The position numbers and the translations under genes are program-made. A stretch of DNA of 64,000 bases from Patescibacteria group bacterium. Lineage in GTDB: Bacteria > Patescibacteriota > Patescibacteriia > UBA10025 > JAHIVO01. Below the pieces are notes generated by a model. The model made no database searches. It was given only the letters and a program-made list of their open reading frames with translations, and was not told where the DNA came from. This document shows, in pieces, positions 8,941 through 17,690 of this stretch (position 1 is the first letter of the stretch; every line of letters starts with the position of its first letter). The stretch lies in the NCBI GenBank assembly GCA_028718605.1, contig JAQULM010000001.1:193699-257698 (forward strand). Direction: 5' to 3'.

Positions 8941-9170
8941 ATCCTTCCCCTCCTCTCTGAGGAGGGGAAAACGTTATACGCACGCCGTTCCATAAAAGTT
9001 CGTAGAGGGGTGGTTGGTCCTCCCCCCCTCCTTTCCAAGGAGGGGAAATGCAATAAGCAAATTAATCCGCATTGTTTCTAGAGGGGTGGTTGGCTCTCTT
9101 CCCATCCTCTCTGAGGAGGGAAAAGGCACTCCATCTGCATTGCCGCGGTGTTTGTAGAGGGGAGGTGATG
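8941..9170. repeat. Locus B of the palindromic repeat family: three tandem units of ~78 nt, each a CCCCTCCTC-loop-GAGGAGGGG hairpin followed by GTTCGTAGAGGGGTGGTTGG
   Basis: Hairpins lie at 8945-8969, 9025-9045 and 9101-9121, the last with a bulge. Conserved blocks lie at 8997-9018, 9075-9094 and 9150-9168. Confidence 0.75.
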
Positions 9171-9202
9171 CCCTTTGAAGCGTCCTCGCGTAGGAGGAAC
9201 CC

Positions 9203-9231
9203 TTGACAAACCTTTGCGGGTATGGTAGTAT
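9203..9231 (+). promoter_or_regulatory. Sigma70-like promoter TTGACA-N17-TAGTAT upstream of the CAP-domain gene
   Basis: The sequence is ccttgacaaacctttgcgggtatggtagtatg. Confidence 0.5.
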
Positions 9232-9263
9232 GTTTTGTTAATGAAACATCTGCATCAGGAATA

Positions 9264-10958
9264 ATGTGGTATAATAATTACAGTCACTTTTCCATAAAGA
9301 AATATATGGACAAAGCAGCCCCGAAAAAAAAGGAACTCCACGAGCATATTATCCACCACTGCAAGAAGCTGCCTCATCATGCATGGCACTTTTTGGTACC
9401 GCACAAGGGAAATAACCACAAGCCCCACGCATTACGGCCAACCGCCCTTCGGCTGTACGTTTTTTCGATTATTGCCGTAAAAGTCTTCGTGGGCAGTTTC
9501 TTGTTCCTCTCGTACCCGTCAGCGGGTGAATTTGCTGCAATTGCACAAGCAGACATCTTGAGCCTTACGAATGCCTCGCGAGCAGAAGCAGGCATCGCCC
9601 CCCTGTCGCTGAACGCTGCGCTGAATAAAGCGGCACAGCTGAAAGCCCAGCATATGATCGCCAATAACTACTTTGCGCATACCGCGCCGGACGGTACAAA
9701 ACCGTGGTCATTTCTGAAACAGGCTGGATACAGCTACACCGCTGCGGGCGAAAATCTCGCCATGGACTTCACCGAGGCCGCGACCGTACACACCGCGTTC
9801 ATGAACAGCGAGTCGCACAAGAAAAACATCATGAATTCAAAATATACGCAGATGGGCATCGCAGTCTTGGATGGCGAGCTCGATGGCGTTTCAACAACTA
9901 TTCTTGTCGAGTTTTTCGGTGCCCCATATGAAGCTGCTGCTGCGCCAACCACCCCAACACCAACGCCGACGCCGACACCCACGCCAACCACTCCAACACC
10001 GACACCAACGCCAACACCCACTCCAACGCCGACACCAACGCCAACGACTCCAACGCCGACACCAACGCCAACGACTCCAACGCCGACACCAACGCCAATA
10101 CCCACTCCAGTACCCCAGTATTACCGGGCTGAGCTGACTGACCAGAGTGCTACAGAGCTTGGAATCAAGACGCTCGAACAAATCAGCTATTGGGTTGAAT
10201 TCAAGAATACCGGCACGATTACGTGGAATAATTCTGGCGAATATTTCGTTGCCCTGAATGTCAATAATCCGATCGGCAGGCACAGTGCGTTCGAAGATGA
10301 AACGTGGGTTGAATACTACCGCCCAGCCATACTCAAACAGCCACGCGTTGCCCCGGGAGAAATCGGGCGGTTTGAATTCACTTTGAAGTCACCCGACGAA
10401 GCTGGCGCATACGAAGAATCCTTCGGCATCGTCGCGGAGAATAAAGCATGGATCGATGGCGGCACCATCGAGCTCCCGATCGTCGTCGTCGCGCCGCCTG
10501 AACAGACATCAGAAATGGAAGTCAACGTTATACCGACCACGACAACTCCCCAAACCAACGCGAACACCAATACCGCTGCGCCGACGAATACAAACCAATC
10601 CCCAACGAATACAAACACCACGCCCGCAGCTGTTACCGAGACACCGCTTGTCAACGATAATACCAATGCACAAATAGTAACCCCCGAACAGCGTGCAGTC
10701 ATCGTCGCTGGCGCAGAGCAAAAAGGCGAGGAAGCGAAGGGCTTTATCGGTAAAATTCTCGAATACTCGAAGCGGTTCTATCTGGTGTTTGTCATCTTCC
10801 TTGTTGTTGCCCTGCTCATCAACATCCTGGTCGAGATCAGAATACAGCAGCCGCACATGATTATTCAGACAATTGTCGTCATTATCATCGCCGTAACTGC
10901 CATTCTTCTGAATCCCCATTTCCTCGAAAAAGTACCGCTCGCGCTCAGGATTGCCTAG
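9264..10958 (+). CDS. Membrane-anchored CAP/SCP/PR-1 domain protein (YkwD-like) with a long Pro-Thr linker, a beta-sandwich domain of unknown function, an N/T-rich linker and a C-terminal TM segment
   Basis: The CAP motifs ...LNKAAQLKAQHMIANNYFAHTAPDGTKPWSFLKQAGY...GENLA...HTAFMNSESHKKNIMNSKYTQMGIAV are present. The PT linker reads PTTPTPTPTPTP.... The ORF-track start at 9222 falls inside the predicted -10 element, so the ATG at 9264 (or 9306) is preferred. Confidence 0.8.
   Translation: MWYNNYSHFSIKKYMDKAAPKKKELHEHIIHHCKKLPHHAWHFLVPHKGNNHKPHALRPTALRLYVFSIIAVKVFVGSFLFLSYPSAGEFAAIAQADILSLTNASRAEAGIAPLSLNAALNKAAQLKAQHMIANNYFAHTAPDGTKPWSFLKQAGYSYTAAGENLAMDFTEAATVHTAFMNSESHKKNIMNSKYTQMGIAVLDGELDGVSTTILVEFFGAPYEAAAAPTTPTPTPTPTPTPTTPTPTPTPTPTPTPTPTPTTPTPTPTPTTPTPTPTPIPTPVPQYYRAELTDQSATELGIKTLEQISYWVEFKNTGTITWNNSGEYFVALNVNNPIGRHSAFEDETWVEYYRPAILKQPRVAPGEIGRFEFTLKSPDEAGAYEESFGIVAENKAWIDGGTIELPIVVVAPPEQTSEMEVNVIPTTTTPQTNANTNTAAPTNTNQSPTNTNTTPAAVTETPLVNDNTNAQIVTPEQRAVIVAGAEQKGEEAKGFIGKILEYSKRFYLVFVIFLVVALLINILVEIRIQQPHMIIQTIVVIIIAVTAILLNPHFLEKVPLALRIA
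9940..10110 (+). repeat. Imperfect tandem hexanucleotide repeat (ccaacg/ccgaca) encoding the PT linker
   Basis: The DNA reads ccaacaccaacgccgacgccgacacccacgccaacc.... The ORF-track minus-strand GVGVGV ORF is an artefact of this repeat. Confidence 0.8.
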
Positions 10959-11000
10959 AAAGGGTTTCCACTGCCTATCAACAAAGCATTTCGATAAATA

Positions 11001-11024
11001 AAACCCCTGGAAACAGGGGTTTTG
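11001..11024 (+). terminator. Rho-independent terminator with a GNRA-type loop
   Basis: The sequence is aaacccctggaaacaggggttttg. Confidence 0.8.
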
Positions 11025-11118
11025 CGTTCCTTGCCGCCACTGCCTTGTGCCGCTTGACCAAAGAATGGAAATCGAATAAAATAAAGTAATTACTTCAAAT
11101 TAAACGTACGGAAAAACT

Positions 11119-12231
11119 ATGCAGAATCTACCATCGAACCGGGGGGTACGGCTCTTCGGGCTCAGTGCACTCATGCTGATCGCCCTTGGGTGTGCGTGCG
11201 CAGTACCTGCCAGTGCCCAAAATACGAACAACCCGCCGCATATCACCTCGGAACCGTCCGCAACTGTCGCTGCAGGCGATCCTTATGCGTACCAACTCGA
11301 GGCAACGGATCAGGACAACGATACCGTGACCTTCTCGCTCACGGCAGCGCCGAAAGGCATGGTGATATCGAACGGCGTTATTTCATGGAATCCGACGGCT
11401 GTTGGCGTGTACAATGTCGTCATCGACGCAACTGATGGGAACGAGGGTTACGATACCCAGGCGTGGCACGTTACGGTACAACCATCGGTAGTTTCATTAT
11501 TAAAAATTATCCCCAACGAACGTCCGACCGTGATCGAGATTGGCGCTACCCAAAAATTTACTGCAACAGCGTATGATGCTTACGATAACGAGCTCAGTGG
11601 CGCAACTATTGCATGGACAACGGATGAAAAAACTGGCGTCGTTGATACTGACGGCACGTTTAGCGCGCGAAAAGGCGGCATCGGCTTTATTGCGGCGTCG
11701 ATTGGCGAAACAAGCACTTCAATCGGAATCGTCGTAAAAGATACACGGACTGAACAAGTAACGCCAGCCGCGAACGCGAATACGAACACAAACGCGGGCC
11801 AGGCGGCGTCAACCGAAACCACCAACACTGCGGCACAGCAAACGGTTACGAACACAAACAGCGCACTACCACAAACCACCACCGATACCGATGGGCCGCG
11901 TGTCCCGCTTTTAGCCGTCGACACGGGCGTTGGGATCGAAACTGCCTGCAAATACTGGTCAATGGGCACACTGTTGCTCTCGCTTGCCATATACCTTATC
12001 GGACTTGGCGCGTACTACACATTCACGAAAAACCGCCGCTTTCCTTTCTGGTGGATTTTTCCCATCGTTTTTACAGGGGTGGGTGTCACCCTCTACTATC
12101 GTCTCTTGTGCACGGATGCGACCGTCTGGTGGCCGTGGGTCTTGATCGCATTCGGTATACTGCTTACCTGGTACCATAAGTTTGGTGGGCGCGCAGTCAG
12201 CCAGAGTTCGCAAACAGAACTTCCGTTTTAA
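11119..12231 (+). CDS. Surface protein with a signal peptide, a cadherin-like/putative-Ig (He_PIG-like) domain, a Big_2 bacterial Ig-like domain, a T/N-rich linker and three or four C-terminal TM helices
   Basis: The signal peptide reads MQNLPSNRGVRLFGLSALMLIALGCACAVPASA. The domains read ...PPHITSEPSATVAAGDPYAYQLEATDQDNDTVTFSL... and ...IIPNERPTVIEIGATQKFTATAYDAYDNELSGATIAWTTDEK.... The C-terminus is hydrophobic. Confidence 0.7.
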   Translation: MQNLPSNRGVRLFGLSALMLIALGCACAVPASAQNTNNPPHITSEPSATVAAGDPYAYQLEATDQDNDTVTFSLTAAPKGMVISNGVISWNPTAVGVYNVVIDATDGNEGYDTQAWHVTVQPSVVSLLKIIPNERPTVIEIGATQKFTATAYDAYDNELSGATIAWTTDEKTGVVDTDGTFSARKGGIGFIAASIGETSTSIGIVVKDTRTEQVTPAANANTNTNAGQAASTETTNTAAQQTVTNTNSALPQTTTDTDGPRVPLLAVDTGVGIETACKYWSMGTLLLSLAIYLIGLGAYYTFTKNRRFPFWWIFPIVFTGVGVTLYYRLLCTDATVWWPWVLIAFGILLTWYHKFGGRAVSQSSQTELPF

Positions 12232-12312
12232 GCGTGCCGCGGTTTTGTGCGATACAATAATCCCCGCTCATGGACACCATGAGGCGACGGTTTGGTGTTG
12301 GAGCAATACTCG

Positions 12313-13128
12313 CTAGCGAAGCAGCACGTACGCAATAACTCCAGCGCCGAGTGCAAAGCGGTAGTATGCAAATGCGGAAAGTTTATGGTGCTCGAGGTAC
12401 CGGAGGAGGAATGCGATCGCGATATATCCAACAATGGCTGACGTAATGAAACCGGCAAGCATCATCATCCATTGATCCGAGGAAATGCCCGCCGAAGCCG
12501 CGTCGAGCATTTTTTTCATACCTGCGCCAAATACAATAGGCGCCGACAGGAGAAACGAAAATCGTGCAGCCTCCTGTCTCGAAAGGCCGAAGAATATGCC
12601 GGTAACGATGGTCATGCCAGAGCGCGATACGCCAGGCAAAAGCGCGAGAGCTTGCGCGCATCCAATAAGGACGGACCGGCAAAAACCAAGGTTCGCAATA
12701 TCAAGTCGCTGCCTTGAAAAACGCTCGACAACCAGAAACAGCACCCCGACCCCGATGAGGAGCCCAGCAACAAGCCATAAGTTCCTGAATGCCGAATCCG
12801 CGAGGTCAGAAAGCGCAATGCCGGCAATCACGCCTGGCACAGTCGCGGCAACGAGAAACCACGCAATGCGCTGGTTCTGGTCCTCCCGTAGTTTCCAATT
12901 GGCAAAGCTCCTGAAAAATGCTACGATGATAGCGCGAATGTCGCCCCAAAAAAATACGAGAATAGCAACGAGCGTCCCAAGATGCAGAGCCACGTCAAAG
13001 CTCAAGTCATCGAACAGGGAAAAATCGATAAGCTCGTGGGCGATTACCAAATGCCCAGAGCTTGAAATCGGCAAAAACTCGGTGATCCCCTGGATACAGC
13101 CCAATACGATTGACTGAATTATTTCCAT
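12313..13128 (-). CDS. uppP: Undecaprenyl-diphosphatase (BacA/UppP)
   Basis: The N-terminus reads MEIIQSIVLGCIQGITEFLPISSSGHLVIAHELI, and the protein is an 8-TM membrane protein. Confidence 0.9.
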   Translation of the reverse strand: MEIIQSIVLGCIQGITEFLPISSSGHLVIAHELIDFSLFDDLSFDVALHLGTLVAILVFFWGDIRAIIVAFFRSFANWKLREDQNQRIAWFLVAATVPGVIAGIALSDLADSAFRNLWLVAGLLIGVGVLFLVVERFSRQRLDIANLGFCRSVLIGCAQALALLPGVSRSGMTIVTGIFFGLSRQEAARFSFLLSAPIVFGAGMKKMLDAASAGISSDQWMMMLAGFITSAIVGYIAIAFLLRYLEHHKLSAFAYYRFALGAGVIAYVLLR

Positions 13129-13131
13129 ACT

Positions 13132-13566
13132 ATGAACCTTACCGTTGATCTGATTCTTGCCCCGATATTCACCTTATTTATCGTGCAGTCAATTAAGCTC
13201 GCATCCGATGGCATCAAGGGCAATTTCAATTTGAAGAATGTTCTTACCGCATACGGCGGCATGCCCTCCAGCCATTCAGCGGTTGTCGCAACGCTGACTG
13301 CTATGGTCGGTTATCGTGAGGGTGTTGCGTCAACGGCATTTGGCATCGCCCTGCTCTTCTCCCTCATCGTCATCACCGACGCGATGGTATTGCGGAAATA
13401 CATCGATCTCCAGGGCTCTGCAATCCGCACAATCGCGGCATCCCTGCCCCCAGCAGTCCAAACCCGCCTGAACCTACCAGCCAAGCGCCTCCAGCATACC
13501 TTTTTCCAAGTTGTTGTTGGTACGCTGATCGGCGTCGCGATCGCATCACTGGTTCATTTTCTCTAG
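13132..13566 (+). CDS. Divergent PAP2 family (DUF212) membrane phosphatase-like protein
   Basis: The protein carries the GGMPSSHSA motif. The gene is arranged head-to-head with uppP, only 3 nt apart. Confidence 0.7.
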   Translation: MNLTVDLILAPIFTLFIVQSIKLASDGIKGNFNLKNVLTAYGGMPSSHSAVVATLTAMVGYREGVASTAFGIALLFSLIVITDAMVLRKYIDLQGSAIRTIAASLPPAVQTRLNLPAKRLQHTFFQVVVGTLIGVAIASLVHFL

Positions 13567-13645
13567 TAACGGTTCCCTTATAAAAGTCCAAAACGGAGCT
13601 CTGGCATGATGCCGCTACTCCGCTTTTGGAGATACATCGCTCGGA

Positions 13646-14098
13646 TCAAATCTTGAGGCGGCTTTTTAATATATTCCGGTAAATATCTCGCCTGGTAACA
13701 ATACCCTCGATCCTGCCTTCATTGCTGACGACAACGACACGATGGATGCCCCTCACGAGCATGATAGAGCCGACCTGCATGAGCGATGCATTCGGATTGA
13801 CCGTGATAACATCACGAACCATCAGATCTTCCACAAACTTGTCCGCAGACTCTGTCGCCTTTTCCTCGAGCTTGTCGAGATCGATCCACACGCCAGGTGA
13901 TTCATAAAACTCAGCATGCGACGGATAGAGCGATTTAAAAAGATCCTTTTCTGAAACTATCCCGACGAGCACGCCGTTGCTGTCGACAACAGGCGCGCCT
14001 GAAATATTATGCTCAGCGAGTATCGCAGCAGCCTGGCGAAGGGTAGCGCGGTTTGAAATCGTTACGACGTTCCGTGACATTATTTCCTGTACAATCAT
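13646..14098 (-). CDS. CBS-domain pair protein
   Basis: Two CBS motifs are present: ...IMSRNVVTISNRATLRQAAAILAEHNISGAPVVD... and ...VRDVITVNPNASLMQVGSIML. Confidence 0.8.
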   Translation of the reverse strand: MIVQEIMSRNVVTISNRATLRQAAAILAEHNISGAPVVDSNGVLVGIVSEKDLFKSLYPSHAEFYESPGVWIDLDKLEEKATESADKFVEDLMVRDVITVNPNASLMQVGSIMLVRGIHRVVVVSNEGRIEGIVTRRDIYRNILKSRLKI

Positions 14099-14228
14099 AG
14101 TGCTTCTCGTGCTCGTAAATATATGTTTATCGGGGCTTTCTCCGTAATCAACATGCGGTAGCCTGAGTACAGTATAAAGGATGCCGTAAAAAAAATAAAG
14201 GCACCCGGAAAGCCTCGGAAATCAACGG

Positions 14229-15413
14229 TTAATCCCTGAAAAGGACGCCCTCGCGGGAAAATATCTTAGTAGCGATATATATTGATGCGGCGGCAGCGGC
14301 TAAGAGCACTAGAATCGTAATCCCTACATGGAGACCGCTCGTTTCTCCCATCAGGCTCTCTTTAAACACGAAAACGGCATTCAAGGGCGGCACGAAATAG
14401 AGCGCCAACGGCGGCTTGAAGCCGGGAATCGAAGTGAAGATTGATACCGGCAAAATCGCCAGTAAATAGAATGGCGTAACGTAATTCTGCGCTTCCTTGT
14501 AGCTCTTGGCAAAAATTGCGACCGCAAGCAGCATGCCGGCAAACATCACGGAGAGAATAATGCCGATTCCGAGCATCAAGAGGCTCGTGGTCAGAGTAAT
14601 ATCAAATGCAACCGCTTCTCCGAAATTCGGCGGCCAGAGTTTAAATGCCGCATACATGCTCCCAACCGACAGGACAACCGATGTAATCGCGGTCGTTGCA
14701 ACAGCGGTAAATTTGCCGGTGACGATCGATAGGCGCGAGAGCGGCGTCACTAAAATGGATTCAAGGGTCTTACGTTCCTTTTCACCCGCTGATACATCAA
14801 TGGCTACGTACATTCCGCCCATGATCGAAAACAATACGATAAACATCGGCAGCAGCAGCCCAAGGAAATACCCCCCGCGTTCCTGCTCTGACGCGATATC
14901 CTGGCGAGTAATGACAATGCTATGCAGAACTCCCGGATTCACGCCTGCTTCATCCAGTTTGCCGATTGTGATGCTTTCTCGGTAGAGGGCAAGTGCGGCT
15001 TCCACTTTCTGCGCAGCATTGAGGGATTTCTGGTCTGTGCTACGGGCATATATGTTGAGCGTAACCGGCTCGCCTGCTGCGATCTGTTCCTGGAAGTCAG
15101 CAGGAACCTGGAGATAGGTCTGCAGCTCACCTGCTGCGATCTTTTCCTGGAAATTCTCAGGTGCATCTTTTAATTCTATCTTGTCCTGGTTGTCGAGAAA
15201 TTCAACCAACGCCGGCGCTGCTGCTTCGTCGGAAATGGCGACTTGCGCAACCTGCTCTACAGCTGACTTCTGCTGGGATTCCTGCAGCTTGATGCTGCCA
15301 ATCATGATCAGCGGCATGAAGACGATCGGCATCACGATCGCGGTCATGAGCGTACGCCGGTCGCGAATCGTGTCCCGGAGCTCTTTTTTACAGATCGTCC
15401 AAATAGCGCCCAT
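14229..15413 (-). CDS. ABC-2 type transporter permease (NatB-like)
   Basis: The N-terminus reads MGAIWTICKKELRDTIRDRRTLMTAIVMPIVFMPLIM, followed by a large extracytoplasmic loop and five C-terminal TM helices. Confidence 0.75.
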   Translation of the reverse strand: MGAIWTICKKELRDTIRDRRTLMTAIVMPIVFMPLIMIGSIKLQESQQKSAVEQVAQVAISDEAAAPALVEFLDNQDKIELKDAPENFQEKIAAGELQTYLQVPADFQEQIAAGEPVTLNIYARSTDQKSLNAAQKVEAALALYRESITIGKLDEAGVNPGVLHSIVITRQDIASEQERGGYFLGLLLPMFIVLFSIMGGMYVAIDVSAGEKERKTLESILVTPLSRLSIVTGKFTAVATTAITSVVLSVGSMYAAFKLWPPNFGEAVAFDITLTTSLLMLGIGIILSVMFAGMLLAVAIFAKSYKEAQNYVTPFYLLAILPVSIFTSIPGFKPPLALYFVPPLNAVFVFKESLMGETSGLHVGITILVLLAAAAASIYIATKIFSREGVLFRD

Positions 15414-15416
15414 AGG

Positions 15417-16085
15417 TTATATTTCCTTTAAAATGTCCCGTAAATCGCTGCAAAAGTGATCTGGCTGCACCTTCAACGCATGATGTTTGTTGAACTGGTT
15501 GCAATAGTAGTATGTCGCTGCACCGACTGCCTTACCTGCCTCGATATCGCTTTCCCGATCGCCGATTTTAATAATTTTTCCATAGTGCCGGCCACCGATG
15601 TACGCGCGCAGCGCGTGCTCCTTTACCCGCATAATATCCGTATGTTCGCGCGGTTCGCTGTGCGCGTCGAGACCAATAAAGTCTTTAATATAAGAATCCA
15701 GACCAACCATCCTTGCAAACCATCTGATTTGATCATTGCGCGTGTTGCTCATGATGATATTCGTATGACCGCGCTCCGCAATTGTCCGGAGCACTTCCTC
15801 GGCGTAAGCGGTCGGCTTAATATACCGCTCAATGACATGATCATGCTCTTGAATTTCAAATGCGCGTTGCTTCATCGCATTCCACGTTTCGAGAGTACCG
15901 CGAGGGTCAAGATACCGAAAGTAATCAATCCACGAAAGTCCGTACCACTGCACAGTCTGTTCCAGTGATATCTGGCGCTGCAGATTACGTTCAGCGGCAA
16001 CGTGATTCAGTATTTCGTGCAATGCCTGCACATTCCCCTGCTCGAGTGTGCCATGAAAATCCCAGACAAAAAGCGCTGGTTTCAT
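15417..16085 (-). CDS. HAD-superfamily hydrolase-like protein embedded in the ABC operon
   Basis: Motif I is ALFVWDFHGTLE, a DxD variant, and motif IV is IGDRESDIEAG. The start codon overlaps the stop of the ATPase gene. Confidence 0.5.
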   Translation of the reverse strand: MKPALFVWDFHGTLEQGNVQALHEILNHVAAERNLQRQISLEQTVQWYGLSWIDYFRYLDPRGTLETWNAMKQRAFEIQEHDHVIERYIKPTAYAEEVLRTIAERGHTNIIMSNTRNDQIRWFARMVGLDSYIKDFIGLDAHSEPREHTDIMRVKEHALRAYIGGRHYGKIIKIGDRESDIEAGKAVGAATYYYCNQFNKHHALKVQPDHFCSDLRDILKEI

Positions 16086-16981
16086 TATTTTCTCATTACT
16101 TCATAAGCGACTGTGCCAATAAGCACTGCAAAAATTAAAACGACGCGCCACCACGCAAAAAGCTTGCCGGCGATACGAATGCCAGATTTACTAAAAGCTC
16201 TTGGAGCCTGGGTACCCTGGCTTTCCTGATGCGTCGGGGCAGCGGCCTGGGGACCGATTATTTTGAGAAATGCGTCTTCGAGCGAATGGGTGCCGGTCTC
16301 TTCCCGGATCGAATGTACGGTACCAAGCTTTATTAGCTTGCCTTGGTGTATGATTGCCACGCGGTCGCATAACCGTTCAGCGTCGTGCATAATATGGGTC
16401 GAGAGGATAACACACTTCCCCTGCTCCCGCGCATGCTGCATAAACTGAACCACTGCCTGTGCTGCGAGGACATCCAGGCCTGACGTCGGCTCGTCGAAGA
16501 TTATTACCTTCGGGTCGTGGATGACTGCGCGGGCGATCGCAACTTTCTGTTTCATGCCAGTCGAGTACTTGCCTGCCCGCCGGTCGATGAAACTGGCCAT
16601 CATGAGAGAGCCCACGAGCTCATTGATCCGGGGCTCAAGCACGGCTGGGAGAATCCCATACAACTCACCGAAGTAGCGCAGATTTTCCCGCCCGGTAAAA
16701 CGATCATACAAGCCGATGTCGGTCGTGAGAAGCCCGATATTTGTGCGGACTTCCGGGGCGTGCTCAAGAATATCAAAACCTGCGACACGCGCAGTGCCGG
16801 CGGTCGAATCAAGCACCGTGGCGATGATTCGTATCGTTGTCGTCTTGCCAGCGCCATTGGGTCCCAGGAGCCCGAAAATTTCACCAGCATCAGCCTGGAA
16901 GCTCACGCCGTCTACAGCGGCAACTGCCCCCTTCTTGCCTTCAAATATTTTCTTGATGCCATTGACTTCAAGGAGTGCCAT
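16085..16981 (-). CDS. ABC transporter ATP-binding protein
   Basis: Walker A is [12 protein letters not shown], the signature is [14 protein letters not shown], and Walker B is [14 protein letters not shown]-terminal hydrophobic tail is present. Confidence 0.9.
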   Translation of the reverse strand: MALLEVNGIKKIFEGKKGAVAAVDGVSFQADAGEIFGLLGPNGAGKTTTIRIIATVLDSTAGTARVAGFDILEHAPEVRTNIGLLTTDIGLYDRFTGRENLRYFGELYGILPAVLEPRINELVGSLMMASFIDRRAGKYSTGMKQKVAIARAVIHDPKVIIFDEPTSGLDVLAAQAVVQFMQHAREQGKCVILSTHIMHDAERLCDRVAIIHQGKLIKLGTVHSIREETGTHSLEDAFLKIIGPQAAAPTHQESQGTQAPRAFSKSGIRIAGKLFAWWRVVLIFAVLIGTVAYEVMRK

Positions 16982-17224
16982 ACTACGTGAATTATGCTGT
17001 AGTGCTCAATGCGCTCGCCGTCACGCGATACGGCAAGGCGCTAAAATGGTTTGAAAGGCATGCCAGGCCCGCGCGGAAGGCTCTCTTGCTTTTCGGCAAG
17101 GTGTTTTTCTGCTTTCTTCTGCTGTTTCGTCGCGCTGCGCATCAGGTACAGTATCGCACCAAGCCCGCACCCGATGAGTATTGGGAAGCCGAAACCGTCT
17201 GGATTGAGCAGGAAATCGCGTATG

Positions 17225-17668
17225 CTAATGATTGATTCCATTGGCGTCTGCGTTAGAATGATGTTTACGAACCCCACAAATTGCGCATACGAGGATTATT
17301 GCGTAAAATATAAAGCCGTATACGCACGCTGGCATTTCAGAAAAAGGTATATTCTGCACGACGAGGTCATAGTATGACAGGTATCCAGCGAACAACGACC
17401 CGCATACTGCGACAACCAGCACTGCAACCATAAGCTTTCCGCGCTGTTTCACGATCCCAATGCCAGAAAGCGCTGCTGCCACTAAAAACATAAAAAAGCC
17501 GTACACGCAGGTTGGCAGGCCGAGTATTTGCACTGGGCTCGGACCGCAACTGACGAATGAGTGCTCGCATCCCGGGCCCCAGAGATTATAGTATGAGAGG
17601 TATCCGGAAAATGCCATTCCGCACGACGCAACGACAAGCATGGCGATAAAAATCTTTTTATTCTGCAT
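17225..17668 (-). CDS. Small 4-TM membrane protein with an internal duplication and a conserved Cys/YLSYY/CVYGF pattern
   Basis: The two halves align: ...CGMAFSGYLSYYNLW...PTCVYGFFMF... and ...CGSLFAGYLSYYDLV...PACVYGFIFY.... Confidence 0.55.
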   Translation of the reverse strand: MQNKKIFIAMLVVASCGMAFSGYLSYYNLWGPGCEHSFVSCGPSPVQILGLPTCVYGFFMFLVAAALSGIGIVKQRGKLMVAVLVVAVCGSLFAGYLSYYDLVVQNIPFSEMPACVYGFIFYAIILVCAICGVRKHHSNADANGINH

Positions 17669-17690
17669 AAATTTTGCTCAAGAGTAAAAA

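Noticed and set aside
4266-9170. A possible CRISPR array, because of regularly spaced ~25-nt palindromic repeats.
   Set aside because: The 'repeats' differ in sequence and loop between units, while the intervening 'spacers' carry a conserved GTTCGTAGAGGGGTGGTTGG box. There are only two or three units per locus, and no cas genes are present. It is better described as a REP/BIME-like dispersed element.
9734-10283. Minus-strand ORFs encoding GVGVGV... and W/R-rich peptides (9734-10105, 9891-10283).
   Set aside because: They are artefacts of reading the Pro-Thr-encoding hexanucleotide repeat of the CAP-domain gene in other frames.
16975-17380. Small overlapping ORFs between the ABC ATPase gene and the Cys-rich membrane protein (16975-17235 and 17051-17377 on the plus strand; 17041-17277 on the minus strand).
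   Set aside because: They are mutually exclusive overlapping frames with no RBS. The minus-strand 78-aa candidate (a TM helix plus basic tail) overlaps the stop region of the neighbouring gene, so it was not called without additional evidence.
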